Part shown: in pieces, positions 1-13,043 of the stretch
Numbering within the stretch: the stretch's first letter is position 1
Layout of the letters: each line of letters opens with the position of its first letter
DNA from: Phoronis australis
Taxonomy: Eukaryota; Animalia; Phoronida
Direction of reading: 5' to 3'
Assembly: GCA_002633005.1 (NCBI GenBank)
Contig: NMRA01000143.1
Span: 377,402-441,401, forward strand
DNA length: 64,000 nucleotides
Program-made: the position numbers and the translations under genes
Notes under the pieces: generated by a model
The model's input: only the letters and a program-made list of their open reading frames with translations
The model's database searches: none
Told to the model about the DNA's origin: nothing

Positions 1-986
1 TGTACACCAAAACACTAAAAATAGAAATCAATAACTCATTATTATACACTATGTTACGACGCAAAACAAACAGCTCCACTTATAGTTGTACGTCAGTGAG
101 GACATTGCCTCAGGAAACAACCTCACATGCTTCAGAACTGATAGGGGCAGAGATATATTCGGAATTTGACTTCCAAGGATGACCCGTTTAATATTACACA
201 ACCTGGGCGCACAAACAGGAATTACGAAGCAGGCGTGACAAGAGGGTATTAAGCTCCACACAGAAATTTGATATTAACAAGATTTCATGATTTTCTAAAA
301 AATTCCCAATTATAACAATACAAATGTTCATAATAAAAACAGTACCAGTAATAACAAAAACACTACTACTTTTACAAAATAATAACACATAATAATGAAA
401 ACAATAAACAAGTACATATGACACGATGTAGGACAAGACGACTTCCCGTTGTTTAGTACCAAGTTATAAACAGCTCATCAGACATTCCTACGTTTTCATA
501 AAATCTTTCAGTGAAGACGGTACTGGCCACAATATCAACTATTACCTTACAGTGGACATGTTTAAATAGTGCTACATTCTGTACTGTGGTGCCGTTCTTT
601 TTTGAACTTTAATTCTGCTAGTTGAGAAACATTAAATGTGGCATGCAAGCAGTTATCGGTAAAACAGAGATGTTATTTAATATCAGAAATGACAAATTGG
701 ATATTTATATTTAAAAAACAAAGAACACCAGAAATTTAGTTTCGCTAAAATGCATTTCTCCCTTTAGAAAACGAAAAACCAAAATCTGTGCAATTGGTTT
801 CCGATGCAAGCCAATGTTACTCAATGAATAAATATAATACATCTACGTTACTACACACAGGCCTCAAAGATTCGATGCATGACTTTAATAAGTATCCCAA
901 ATGTTCAGCAGAATCAATGAACACTTCTCAGAGATTCAACAAACTTTATCAAATGAATGCAATACATCTCGGAGCTGTCTACGTAC

Positions 987-3900
987 GTCTACATTGTTCA
1001 CATCCAGCACATGCGAGTGGAACGTGTAGCCGCACTGCTTGGCCTGTCTGATGGGCGTGGCTAATACGTTGAATGGCGCCTCATGACACCAGTCTTGCAG
1101 GATGTCTAGGTCACCTCTCACCATCGCCTGAAATGGACAGCATGAAGCGTGAAGCATCAATGGGGACAGTGTTAGGGAAGTGTTTTCCTTTGCAAAAAAT
1201 TTAGCCATAGAATAATCTCTCCATACTGTTAACTCTCTTGTGAATTTCATGCTATTCCCAATCACGACAAACCGCACTGTGACAGCGTTTTCTGCTTGAT
1301 CTCAACAGTGACGAAGGGAAACTATTGTTGGCATCTACTGCACTAATGGGAGTGTTTTACCAAGGTTTCCACAATCTTTCTCACCTCCAAAACATTAGGG
1401 ATGATAACAAACTGGCACTCCCGGATGAACTCCTCCTGATCAAAGTTAGGGTCCATCTTGCAAATCTCCGTCAGCACCTCTGACATCTCTGTCTTGGAGA
1501 ACATTCCACCTGCAACAATACAGTATAGTACAGCACAGCACAGCACAGCACAGCACAGCACAGCACAGCACAGCACAGCACAGCACAGTGGTCCCATGAT
1601 GTTGCCAAGATGGAAAACTTGACACATTTAACCATTTTCCTCGTCACACTGTAGACTTGTTGCCGATTTGTCTATTTTCTACCAGACTTGCCAATGGTCT
1701 CACACTGACTGGCTTGATGTTTCCACTGGATTTGCTTGAAATTTATTTTTTGAAAATTATGTTTGAGGTCACAAACCTGGAGGGAAATACAGTCAAATGA
1801 TGGTTTAACACACACTTTTATAGTGAGGCAATATAACACACACCTTTACAGTGAACACAATCCTTTATAGAGAGAAGATAAAACACACACCTTTGTAGTG
1901 AGACGGTATAACACACACCTTTGTAGTGAACACAAACCTTTACAGTGAACACACACCTTTATAGTGAACACACACTTTTATAGTGAACACACACCTTTAT
2001 AGTGAGACGATATAACACACACCTTTGTAGTGAACACAAACCTTTACAGTGAACACACACCTTTATAGTGAGACGATATAACAAACACCTTAATAGTGAA
2101 CACACCTTTATGGTGGAAGATGCAGTCAGCCTAAATGTCAGACATCGTGCTTTGTGCTGTTATTTAACCATGTCACAGACTGGCTCACTCAGACACGACT
2201 TACTCAACCCCAAGATATGGCATCAAACTTATTTGATCACTAGCACAGATAATTGAGTTTGTACACATTGGCCTGTAAGCTTAGTTTGAGGAAATAGCGC
2301 GAACAAATCTAATTTGAAAAATTCTGGAATACATGAGTATAATTATATAGACCTCGTGTGAAGGTGTCAGGCTGAAGTTAAATGTTTGAAACTGTTGTAA
2401 CATGTTTGAGACTTGGCTCCACTGTTGGTACACGAAGTTGATGCTTTACAAATAGTTTATGTATTTTTGTGTAGAGTGGCGGAGAGGAAAGACACGTAGA
2501 TTCATTTTACTCTAAAACTAAAATACAACAACTCAATAGGGTTTGATGATGAGTGTGTTTATCTATTCAACTTCAATTTTCAAAATCTAAACTCTTTCTA
2601 GATTCTTAATATTCCCTAACAGTTTTTCAGACCTATCACATCTGTGAAGCCATACTTTCCTATGTTCTTGTCACAAGTGGCCAATTTTACCAAGGATGTT
2701 ACAAATATTTTTAAGTCTGGTCAGCCCGTCACCTGTGGCCAATTCACGTGACCTAATGAATAAAAGTCTGCCCCAACTGGAATGGTTAGCAGAAGGGCCC
2801 AGGTTCATGTCCCAAAAAGTGCAGAAATCTTTACAGACTTATATTCATTAGGTCACGTGATCTGGTCAGAGGTGATGTGCTGGCCAAACTTAAAAAATAT
2901 TTACGATATCCAGTTCAAGAGTTTCATATTTATCAAGGATTGTAGACTCGCTCATAGATTTTTTCCTTGATTGTAAAACAATTAGCACACAAGTGCTGTA
3001 ACAGTCTGATATAACGTGCCCGTATTTTGAGAACAGGTTTTCTCCACTGAATAACGGGTATGTTATATCAGACTTACCAACAAGCGATGTGTATACAGAT
3101 CTATAGTTTAACCATCCACATACTACAGAAGACATGTTTTTAAGATATGTTGTTATTAACAATACATTCACACAGATCTTGAGCTGCGCATGGGGTCGAG
3201 GTTATCATTGTCCACATAAAAGCTCGCAGTAAACCTTTTCAGCCTGAGTCTCAGAATAAACACACAAATGAACAATTTGCAGTGCACTCACCAAAAACCT
3301 GACCAACTTTGTCCGTGAATGTTCGCGTTAACCTAATCATCAGGTTGTCACTTTCGTCATATTTGGTTTTCAAATCAAACATTTCTGTAACAGAAAGAGG
3401 CAATTTAGGAGAGTATGTAAGCCAAGCATGTAACGTTTCCTATCAATTCTGGAGGATTAACATGATATTCAACCATCAGCTCACAAGATCAAATGTAAAA
3501 CTTTTAAAGTAACAATCGGTGAGGAAACATATACATTGTATTCCCTAAAACAAGAAATACCCAGTGTGATATTGGCTATGGGACAAAGCTTGGGTACAAC
3601 AAAATAATATTCATGATACCCAGCCACCACTATGCCCGTAAGCGTTGTTTTCAGCAGAACTGCCTTAACCAGTGCCAACAAAACTTGGAGGGTGCAATTA
3701 TAAAAACAATGAAATCTGTTATTTGACGGTGATTTGAAGACTTCAGTATAATATTCACATAAACGCACATCTTAACGTAATAACAGATGGTACAGCATTT
3801 ATTCGCCAGGTGGAGTATTCAAGATTGAAAAAACACGTATCGTCGGTCAATGAAGAGTTTTGTTGAAGTACATCATACCCCTCCAGCTCCCGTATATACC

Positions 3901-6900
3901 TCGTCTCAAGTCTGACATTTCAAACTAGGATTAGAACCATTACGAATGTCACACAATTTAACATTGATGTTGTACAATTTAGAGCTCACTGCATCAATCG
4001 CAATTTTTCAATTAAGCAATCAACAGAAATTTCTCAAAAAAGGGGAAAAGCTAAAAAAAAACCTTTCGTTTGCAATTTGGCAAAATTGGTGTCCTGTCGT
4101 CTGCAGTTGTCTAAGTCAAGAGCGGCAAGTACTCAACTCGCCGAATGCCACACTTATCAAAGGGACATAATCAAAATGTTGAAGACACCCATCCCTCACT
4201 TACTGTGTACATAAGGGTTGTTATCCTTGAAGTTCTGCCAGCTCTGGTAAAACCTTGAGTCCTTGTGCATCACCATACCCATAGATTCACTGCAAGACAA
4301 AATACATTCAACTGAGAGACGCCAAAAACAAAACACTCGGTTTTCAAAGTTTACAAGGTCCTTCGCTCACCTGAAGGGAAAGGTATCTGTACTTGCTGAG
4401 GGGGTAATTTTTTGGTTTCGGGGAGAATCCCCACCCTCGTCACCACCAATTCCAACCCCTAGTCGCCACCAATCATTGCCAATACCTCAAGTAGCAGAAG
4501 TGATTCTAACTTTGAGGTTAATAGGGGAATTTTGGGCTTGGTGTGCAGAATTTTGCATGATTTTTAAATATTTTTCATAGGGTGAATCGCAATTATATTC
4601 TGCCCCAAAATCGAGGCATCAAGGGCCCTGTATGTCGACAAAATTACAGTTTTCACATCTAGGTAAAAATCTCAAGGAAACAGAAAACATGTAGGTATGC
4701 TTGTCAGAGGTAATGGCGTCTTGATTGGTCAAGTAATCAGCTGGAATGACAGACGGCAATTAACAATGAACGGAGACAGGAAACTCCAAACCTACTCACG
4801 TGTCAGCATCAAACGTTTTTTCTTCCTTAGCCACCGTTGACGACAGCTCTTGCCTCTTTTTCAATTTCTCTGGTGCCCTGTATGGCCTCGACCTTTTTAG
4901 TGTGTGCTCATCTAGTTCTTCCTTAACTGCCTTGACACCCTGGGTCAAAGGTGAAAGGTTACCAACATGTCACGGTCAGAATGCTGTGGCATGAGCAAGG
5001 CATTAAGTCTGTTACACAGACAGTACAACAGATATTTTGTCAGCTGAGTGAAACAGTGATAATGGTAATCTAATGTGTTCAATTATTTATGACAGACATA
5101 ATAATGCGTTCTGGGCTTAAATACAACTATTGTGCATGACATTTTTCGTAATAAACATAGCAAAATGTTATTTATTGAGTTTGTGAAATGCAAATGTTAT
5201 TCATTTATAAATTTGCTGTGAAGTTTTAAAGATTGAACTACATATCCATTAATTTCTTCACTACAAACCCCAGAACAGGATGGAAAACTAAAAAGGGATT
5301 CGACTCATCAAGTCAGAGGGCACAAACGTCAACATGCTAATGAAAGTTTTGGTTTGTGATAACCTCCAGGTGCATCTACTATTCAAAGGGATGCCATGCC
5401 CAAGTTAACTACTGAACTATTGACAAATTTCAAATTAAGCATTATCAATTTTTTAACACAAAGGTTGCCTCACCTCAGAGATGTTTTTGAATGCTGCACT
5501 CTTTCCCAGCTGCTCGCCCTGGCGAGAAACCGCCTGCGCCGCCTTGGTGGCCGTCTTACCAACACTCTCACCTATCTCCATACCCCTCTTGAGCACCTCG
5601 TTTTTACGCGCCTCGTCCCAACCCTGTTGAAAGAGAAACAGGCAACTAAAGAGAAATTTAATGTACAATAAGGTGTCTGCAGTTCAATCATATATTGTGC
5701 TTATACCAACAATACAGCCACACTTCACAAACTCCAATAAGACTGACTCAAACCACGAGGACTCCAGAGAACCCGCATGGACATTGCCTATCAATGACTA
5801 GCCAACAAATATCTTCAAGTAGACATCACAATGGACACCAGATATGAGTAGTGACTCATGCTAACGGGCGAGAGCCCGTCCTGCCACTACGATCATTGTG
5901 AAATTAAGTCAAAACATTCCATAATGCACCACAATCCATTTTCCTGTGGATCATACAAAATTAAGTTTACACAATTCCACGAATTTCCAAAAAAAACTTC
6001 ATTATTTTTCCATGACCATTTTAGTTGCAAAGCCCCTGTAACATTTTGCCAACAAATCAGAAATTGACTTCTGGCAAAAGAAATAAAACATTACTTGATT
6101 TAAGTTCTCTATTTTTGAACAAATACACCAAGACTGGTGTTTAGCTAAAAAAAACTTTTTTATTATTTATTGCAATAATAATAACAACACAGTACAAAAA
6201 CAGAAATCCCCAATGACACATCACACAAACACCAACAGTGCATCAGCCCTTTTCAGAAAATTCTGACTAGATCCCGAGACAGTCCTTGCAATGGGTAAAA
6301 CCTACATGACTTCATTGTTTCTCCCGACAACATTAGGGTATCCTCGATGATTTCCAACAGGTGACGATGGGGTCCGTTTGATTTTGACAGATGACAGATG
6401 CTACTATTTTTTTCAGACTTTTGCATGTCACATTCAGTTTTTCAGTCTTCCAGAATTTCAAACTAAATCATTCAGACGTAAAACTACACAACTTTTTATA
6501 TAGACTTGTAAACAATTATTGCCACTTTTAAAGATTTCTCCATGTAAAACCAAATTCCATGACATTTCCAGCGACCAGTCAAAACACTTGAAAACACTGT
6601 TGTAATGCATGGAGATATCTTGTGAAGTTTTGCCTTGCGTTTTCGCACCTTGACAGAATGCATGTCTGACTCATGTACACAGCGAATGATTTCTCATCAC
6701 CGAGCGGCGAAAAATGAAACAAATCATGTACACAAGCCCCGAATCATCGACAAAAACCAATGAATCATGTACATGAACCCTCAAAACCATGCACACAAAC
6801 CCCTGAATCATACTCACGAACCCTGATTCATCGACCCGGACCCCAAAATTATGCACACCAACCCCTGAAGCACGCACAAAAACTTCCAACTCATCATCAC

Positions 6901-9900
6901 GAACCATAGACTCATGCAGAGAGAAGCCTCAACATCATGCACACGAAAAGTAAGTCATGCGCGCAAATTGCAAACTCATCTACGTGACTAATAACAAACT
7001 ACTGGATATCAATACATTATCATCTCAGAAACATGGGCAGTATGTCCGACTCAATAATTCAAGCACTTGGTTCAGAAGCTCAGATTCATTAATGGTGTGA
7101 ATGACTGTAAGATACTTGTGCTGCATAACAAACCTCCTGTAACTTCTCCTTCAACTCTCCTAGTTGCTCCTTCAAAACTTCCGACCCCTTCGATGTTTCT
7201 TGTTCGATTTTTTGCTGCAAAATCAATGTAATCATATATTACTTTGTTCAGTCAAAAGCACAGTAACCAGTAAACACTGCAATTACTAGAACCTTAGTGC
7301 AATAATTATTAATACTAAGATTATCATTTCCATTATTACAAGAAGAATGGACCCTACTATATATTACCACCAATTTTGCCTGAAATTTCAAGTTTTCTCT
7401 ATCTAAATCTCTCAGTTGTGACTTCAGAGACAGCACTTTATAAATTCCACTTTATACAGTCATTGGAATGTTTCACACAGCATTATTGCATATGAAAACT
7501 GTACAGACAACAATCTCACATATTTTTCTCTTGCTTTCTGCAGCGCTTCAGACTCCTCCAGCTTCTGGGCTTCTTCCCGGAACTTCTTTAAATTTTCCTA
7601 AAAACAATGACACGTACACTTATACGGCCAGTTGCAAAAACGAGTTGGGTCAGAAAAAGAACGGTCTCCAGTAGTTTCCTTGTTGAAATGTCTAAGCAGT
7701 ACTCAAGTGTCAAAGCCATTCTCAACAACACTTTTCCCCATTCACACACATGCACACGCGCGCACACACACATGGTGTACTGTAAAATTGTTCTAATTTA
7801 GGACAAAACATGGCGGCCAGGCTAAACGCTGTTTTCGCAATTTTTCATAAGTTATACACAGTATGAGAATGACGCTTTACAGTAGCAACATTATGTAACC
7901 ATAGCAACCAACAGAAAATATTAATAAAAAAGGTAGGTATTCACAACAATGTTAGAAGCCCTAGAAAAATGAAAATAAATGCAATGCTGTGATTACTTTT
8001 GTCCAAAATTGGTGAGATTTTACCGCACTTTTACGTCCAAGATCTCGTCTGCAAACTCTGGCTCCACTTCGGGTAAAAAGTCACAGTTTTCACTAACTCG
8101 AGTTCAGCATTATGTCAAGAACCCGACCCTAACCATAACCACTGACATAAGAGACGTTCCTAACCCTAGCCTTAGCCTTTGAATGAGTTTGAAGAATTAT
8201 ATTCGACCCTTTTGAAGCAGTCTGAGGCCTCAAACCAACTTAAACAATTACTAAATCAAAGTAGAGTTCACTTCTGGATAATATACACCCCCTAAAAAGC
8301 AGAATCACAAACAACATGGATTATATACCGACTTCAATTTCCACAAAGACTTCCCATTAGAAAGAGTTCTTACCCATGGTGACCAATGTATGTATTCATT
8401 TTGGAGTGCCTTATTACATGTACAGAAGCATCAAAAACTTCACCATGAGTCATCTGCAGACAACTGCAAAGCAATGTTATGATGAAGGAATCTCGTAAAG
8501 AATTTTTTTTTGTAAAGAGTTGATGAAATAAAACATCACATATCCATCTAAATGTATACTATAAAGATACCTACCTTCATTTCTTTATTTTTTGTGAATT
8601 CTTGCTTGATATTTTCAAACAGTTCTCCGAAGAAATTCCTCTGTGACATGTGACGTGCCTGAAAAGTTTTGTAACAATGGTTATGGCAAGTCATCAATCG
8701 CAAGCTTTCATGACATTAAATTCTGCTATCATGAAAATACGTAATTTTTTCTGAAGTTAGCACACACAGATCGGCTTATTTAGTTCATACCACTGAACAT
8801 GTATTTAAATCATTAATATAACACATATTCATGACAAGAAGAATCTGTACAGAGTAAAATCCTCAATATTCCAGTTAAAAATCGCTGAACGCATTATCAA
8901 AATCTTTTTAATGCGTCTTAATTATGAGGGTACATTCCTCTGCAGGGAATTGTCCATGTTGTTACGATTGAAATGTCTTTATTAGGCAGAGTCAAGTTCA
9001 GCATCTTTATGATGGGATCATGTAACGGACACAGTTGTAACCACATGGCAGACTCTTAAAGTGGCGATGTCACACTCCTACTACCAACCTAAGAGGTGAT
9101 AAACAACAAGTAATGATTGATTAGGCCACCTGCAGAACGCGTCGCTCATTCAAGCCACGCCCAAATCACTGCGAATAGGAAGTAAATAAATAGAAAGGCG
9201 TCAAAATTGTGCGGCAAAAACTGGAAGGGATTTTTCACGACTCATTACCGATGAGCCATGATCGTCTGCTTCACGCTTAGGTTGGAGGTGAATCAGCATT
9301 GAACATTGGCTACAAGGATGGAAATTACTCCTTATCGAACACAAGGTGTACTCATAATTTTTTTGATCAAAAAGGTTGCAGCCTCCATCCGCGGTATTTG
9401 CTCAGTTGGCTGATTATTCGGTTCCAATATCCTGTTTTCTTGTTTCAGACTTTTGCCAACTATGCCTCGTTTCTCTGGCAACCGGGACTTTCGCACCAGT
9501 GTATATAGGATTACTACATGTCTCGACAACTTCATTTTCCATTTAGTGACCGGGGAATTTTGCCAGGTCACATTTGGTGAGTTGGCATCATGTTAAGTCC
9601 TGAGCTCTCGTGTGGCAATGGCCTGTTACAAATTACCTTAGATCCCATCAAGCATTAGCATTCAGGACACACTAGTCTTTGTGAACCATACAGATTGACA
9701 GGCTGAACACAGATTTGATAATTTCATGCAGGTGATTTTTCACGATCAGTTTCTTAACTAAGATAATCAGACATTCCACAGTACACTAGGGGGTATACCA
9801 TCAAACTCTATGGTTCAAGCTGACTTGTCCATCGTGTTGTTTTTGACTATCAATGGTACATACTTGTATAAAGTAGATTCCATGTTGCCGTGTGTAGGCC

Positions 9901-10993
9901 GAGGTCTGATGATGGCAGACGCATGCAAGCTTAGAAGCAGATATCTGCAACCTAGAAAACTAAACAACAGAAACATCTTTAGCTCACAAATCGCACAAAC
10001 ACTAGAAATTCAGACAATGTCAAAGGCAATAGTCACTTACAGTAGTCTCATAAATTGAAAACCAGTTTTCTATACTGAATTACAGGCATCAAAGTGGTTC
10101 TTAAAATCTGGGACCCAACATCAAACATAGTCAATAGTGTCATGGTCACGCTATTCTTTCAGAAACTTTTTAGTTTTCAAGTTCTACACCAGGTTGTGTT
10201 AGCAACTCTTTCTAAAGAACAATTTTTTCATCTCATCGTCACGTTTATCCACATTTTCCTGCGATTACTCAGAGTTCATCAATCACTAAGAACAGTACAC
10301 GACAAACAAATCTGACAAAATACCATTTCAACATCACAACGGATAATTCTATAAATAACAATTATGCGGGTGGCAAAATTTACATCCACCTTGGTCATTA
10401 GGCAAGGCTACTTTGATGGTGAATTCGTCTTCCACCCAATCACCATGACAGGGGTCCCAATCATTCCGTCTGAATACTTTCGGCATGTACTCTATGATAC
10501 AAATGCAGGACTATGGAGAGATGGTGATTATCATATTTAAACATGGACTCATGAAATGTTGTAATGTGCTTCGAGTGTCGTTGAATCATATTCATATGAG
10601 CCTCTGATTCATTTACCAGTGTTGGCCACTGGCAGCCACCAGGTTACACAATAATGTCTATTAACGGCAGCCGGTTTTATCAGGGTCGCTGATCTCGGCA
10701 ATTACAACATGAGTAATTGCATGGACACATTCATAAAACAAGCTCAAGTTGTTCACGTGTTACGAATAAGAGAGACGACACTCACTCGTCTCTCAGAAAA
10801 TCAACGGATGACTTCTGCTCCAGAAACAGTGACAGTTAACAATATCTTCAGAATCAATAGACATAAATTTTGAGACTACTTGGAATCGCTTCTAGCCATC
10901 TAAAACCCTCAAAACGATGAACTGTATTACCTGCTGGATGTGCCCGGCACAAGCGTACGAGCCTTTCAAGAAAACGTGTGTGAGGGAAGACAT
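987..10993 (-). CDS. TIMM44: Mitochondrial import inner membrane translocase subunit TIM44 (multi-exon; the last exons lie beyond the window start)
   Basis: Phase-consistent GT-AG exons on the minus strand: 10931-10993 (ATG, MSSLTHVF..), 9864-9944 (tentative), 8575-8658 (..NIKQEFTKNKEMK), 7520-7597 (ENLKKFREEAQKLEESEALQKAREKY), 7134-7214, 5474-5623, 4800-4939, 4204-4289 (MHKDSRFYQSWQNFKDNN), 3292-3384 (FDLKTKYDESDN), 1385-1509 (GGMFSKTEMSEVLTEICKMDPNFD..IIPNVLE), 987-1127 (AMVRGDLDILQDWCHEA). These motifs match TIM44 as recalled. The first two exons are less certain. Confidence 0.95.
1521..1588. repeat. (CAGCA)n pentanucleotide microsatellite
   Basis: About 11 perfect CAGCA units plus degenerate CAGTA/TAGTA units, next to a TIMM44 splice acceptor. 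Confidence 0.97.
1807..2112. repeat. Minisatellite of ~19-bp ACACACCTTTATAGTGAAC units with longer variants
   Basis: Repeated ACACACCTTT(A/G)(T/C)AGTGA core, with alternating short and long (..GAGACGATATA..) units. Confidence 0.9.
2703..2902. mobile_element. MITE-like foldback element (~68-bp imperfect inverted arms)
   Basis: 2703-2770 (AAATATTTTTAAGTCTGGTCAGC..TCACGTGACCTAATGAATAAAAGTCTG) is the imperfect reverse complement of 2834-2902 (CAGACTTATATTCATTAGGTCACGTGA..GCTGGCCAAACTTAAAAAATATTT). Confidence 0.8.
6720..6965. repeat. Degenerate ~21-bp minisatellite (AATCATGCACACAAACCCCTG-like)
   Basis: TCATG(T/C)ACAC..CCC motif recurring at roughly 21-bp spacing. Confidence 0.7.
7940..8020 (+). 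repeat. Dispersed repeat fragment (second copy at ~42822-42905)
   Basis: TCACAACAATGTTAGAA.CC.TAGAAAAATGAAAA..TTTTGTCCAA.TTG.TGAGATTTTAC is shared by both loci. Confidence 0.75.
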
Positions 10994-11295
10994 GTTGCTT
11001 TTTGCGTCATGCCCACTAGAGGTCAGGAAAAGCAAAGTTCTGAGAAAAAACCTATATTCATTTCACATTATACTTTCTAGTGTAATTTTATGATAAATAA
11101 ATAAAAAGTGATTTAAAAAGAACAAAAAATATATTTATTGATAATCATCTAATCATAATGTTTACTTTTAATTAAAATTATACATTTTTATAAACATACG
11201 TAATACTTAAACTGTTTCACAAAACAGAAGCTAAAACATGGCGACTCCCTACCAAAACAAGAAGTAGCGATGGCGCAGTGTGACAAAACACAGGT
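10994..11295. promoter_or_regulatory. Putative bidirectional promoter for TIMM44 and FBXW2
   Basis: The TIMM44 ATG (10993, minus) is separated by a very AT-rich spacer from a YY1-like AACATGGCG (~11235) and a probable non-coding first-exon donor (ACAG/GTTAAA, ~11293) on the plus strand. Inference only. Confidence 0.5.
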
Positions 11296-11763
11296 TAAAA
11301 GTAATTCGTTAGCTACTAGCATCGAGTCGAGAATAAGCTAACTTATTTCGTAAGATACACGACAACCCCTTAGGATTCATTGAACTTATAGGTAAGTACT
11401 TTTAACCTGCGTAGTACTACTTTTCAGAATGCCGAGTTGTTTTGCTCGTGATGTCTGACCACTCCCAATCTGCTGAGCGTTGTTCTCATCCTGCCAGGTG
11501 ACAGAACTTTTCACGTTCTGGCTTCCACTCAACAGATTAGCCAATCCTTGAAATGTTGAGTTGCCTGTCAATAATTTGAAACTTAATGGAAAAACTACTT
11601 ACCTTTGGATTTTTCTGGAAGTTGAATTGAAAACTTTCTTTTAAATCTTTAATTTCTTCAGTACAAGAAGCCTTTCAGGATCCTAGAACGCATGAAAAAA
11701 GTACATGTACCTGGTCCTTAACTTGGTCTTTGAGGGAAGAGCAGAGTGTTACGTGAATTCTGG

Positions 11764-12461
11764 TAGGCAATTACACAGCCCTGAATGTCAAAGCACACAG
11801 CCATACAGGGGCAATAGTACATCCCCATAAAAAATATTCATTTCAAAATACAGCAAATAAAATCAAGTAAAACATGCATGTATGCATATGGAGTTATAAG
11901 TAACACATACCATGACTCTGGATACAATTTAGTCAACATAACTTGAACATATCCATAAAAATCTGTCGCAGTTCGCTCAAGTTTCTCTCACCGGGTGCCA
12001 TTTTGAGGAAGTTACGTGAAATTACGCCTGTTGATGAACAAGAAGTCCAAGGGACATAAATCTTACAAATTTCTCCTGATATCTTCCCATGCTATTTTGT
12101 GAATGTAACACGCCAGGTCACGCGCTTCGCTCAGTCTCGTGCTAGCCTTTGCCTAACTCATGCGACTCAGTTGAAATATTTGTGGTTATAACCAAAAAAG
12201 TGAAGTTGGAATTATTCACCAAAGTCACCTTAATTCTCTTAGCTATGCTTCATTGAAGACATGTGTAGAAGCAGAAAGGATCACTGAAGAAATTAAGTGC
12301 TTTCTAAGTGCAGAATATATTTTTGATGAGGTGAAAATTCTTAATCGGTGAGCAAATTTTGACAACCACCCGTTTAAAATACACGAGACGAAATTATTAC
12401 AGAAAGTGATGGGAAGTATTGTTGCCTCTAACCAATCAACCAAAGGGCTACGTGCTGCCTA
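11764..12461. mobile_element. Non-autonomous DNA transposon, TAGGCA..TGCCTA termini, 9-bp TSD
   Basis: Flanked by a perfect GAATTCTGG direct repeat (11755-11763 and 12462-12470). A homologous inverted copy lies at 53657-54238. Confidence 0.85.
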
Positions 12462-13043
12462 GAATTCTGGATGCTTTCGAATGGTAGCGTGTTAGAGTTA
12501 AACATGTATTTTTGAATCATCACATTAATTTTCGTTTCCATGTGTCAGTACTTAAAGGACTTTGAAATGTGTGATATTTATGGATATTTTGGGAAGAATT
12601 TGATATTATGCTAGATGGTCTCATCCACACAGTAAGTGGCACATCAACACCTCATACACACAGTAAGTTAGTGGATTGAAACATATGAAATTAGTTATGG
12701 TTTGCCATTATAGTCCTTTCTTCTTTGTTTAAAGGCTGTTGTGAATGTTCACAAGTTTTCGAAATGTCATGTGGTGGTAAATATGGCTCAGGCCTTGGAC
12801 ATGAAAAAATCATTATTTTATTCTACATAGTTTTCTTGGAAAAAATCAAAAACAAAAGAAATAAAATTCCACTTGCCCACCATATTATGTGCTAAATTAG
12901 TGACACTTATACTGTATGACATAGTTAATGATTGTTATGGTTTAATATTATTGATACTTTATCTAAAATGTTTTCCTAGAATGGTTCAAGCATGGAGATA
13001 AACTGGTGACATCATTGAGAGCGGCTGAGACACGTGCTTGACG

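Noticed and set aside
8120-8180. Telomere-like CCCTAA repeats
   Set aside because: Only a few degenerate units inside a repeat fragment, not an interstitial telomere array.
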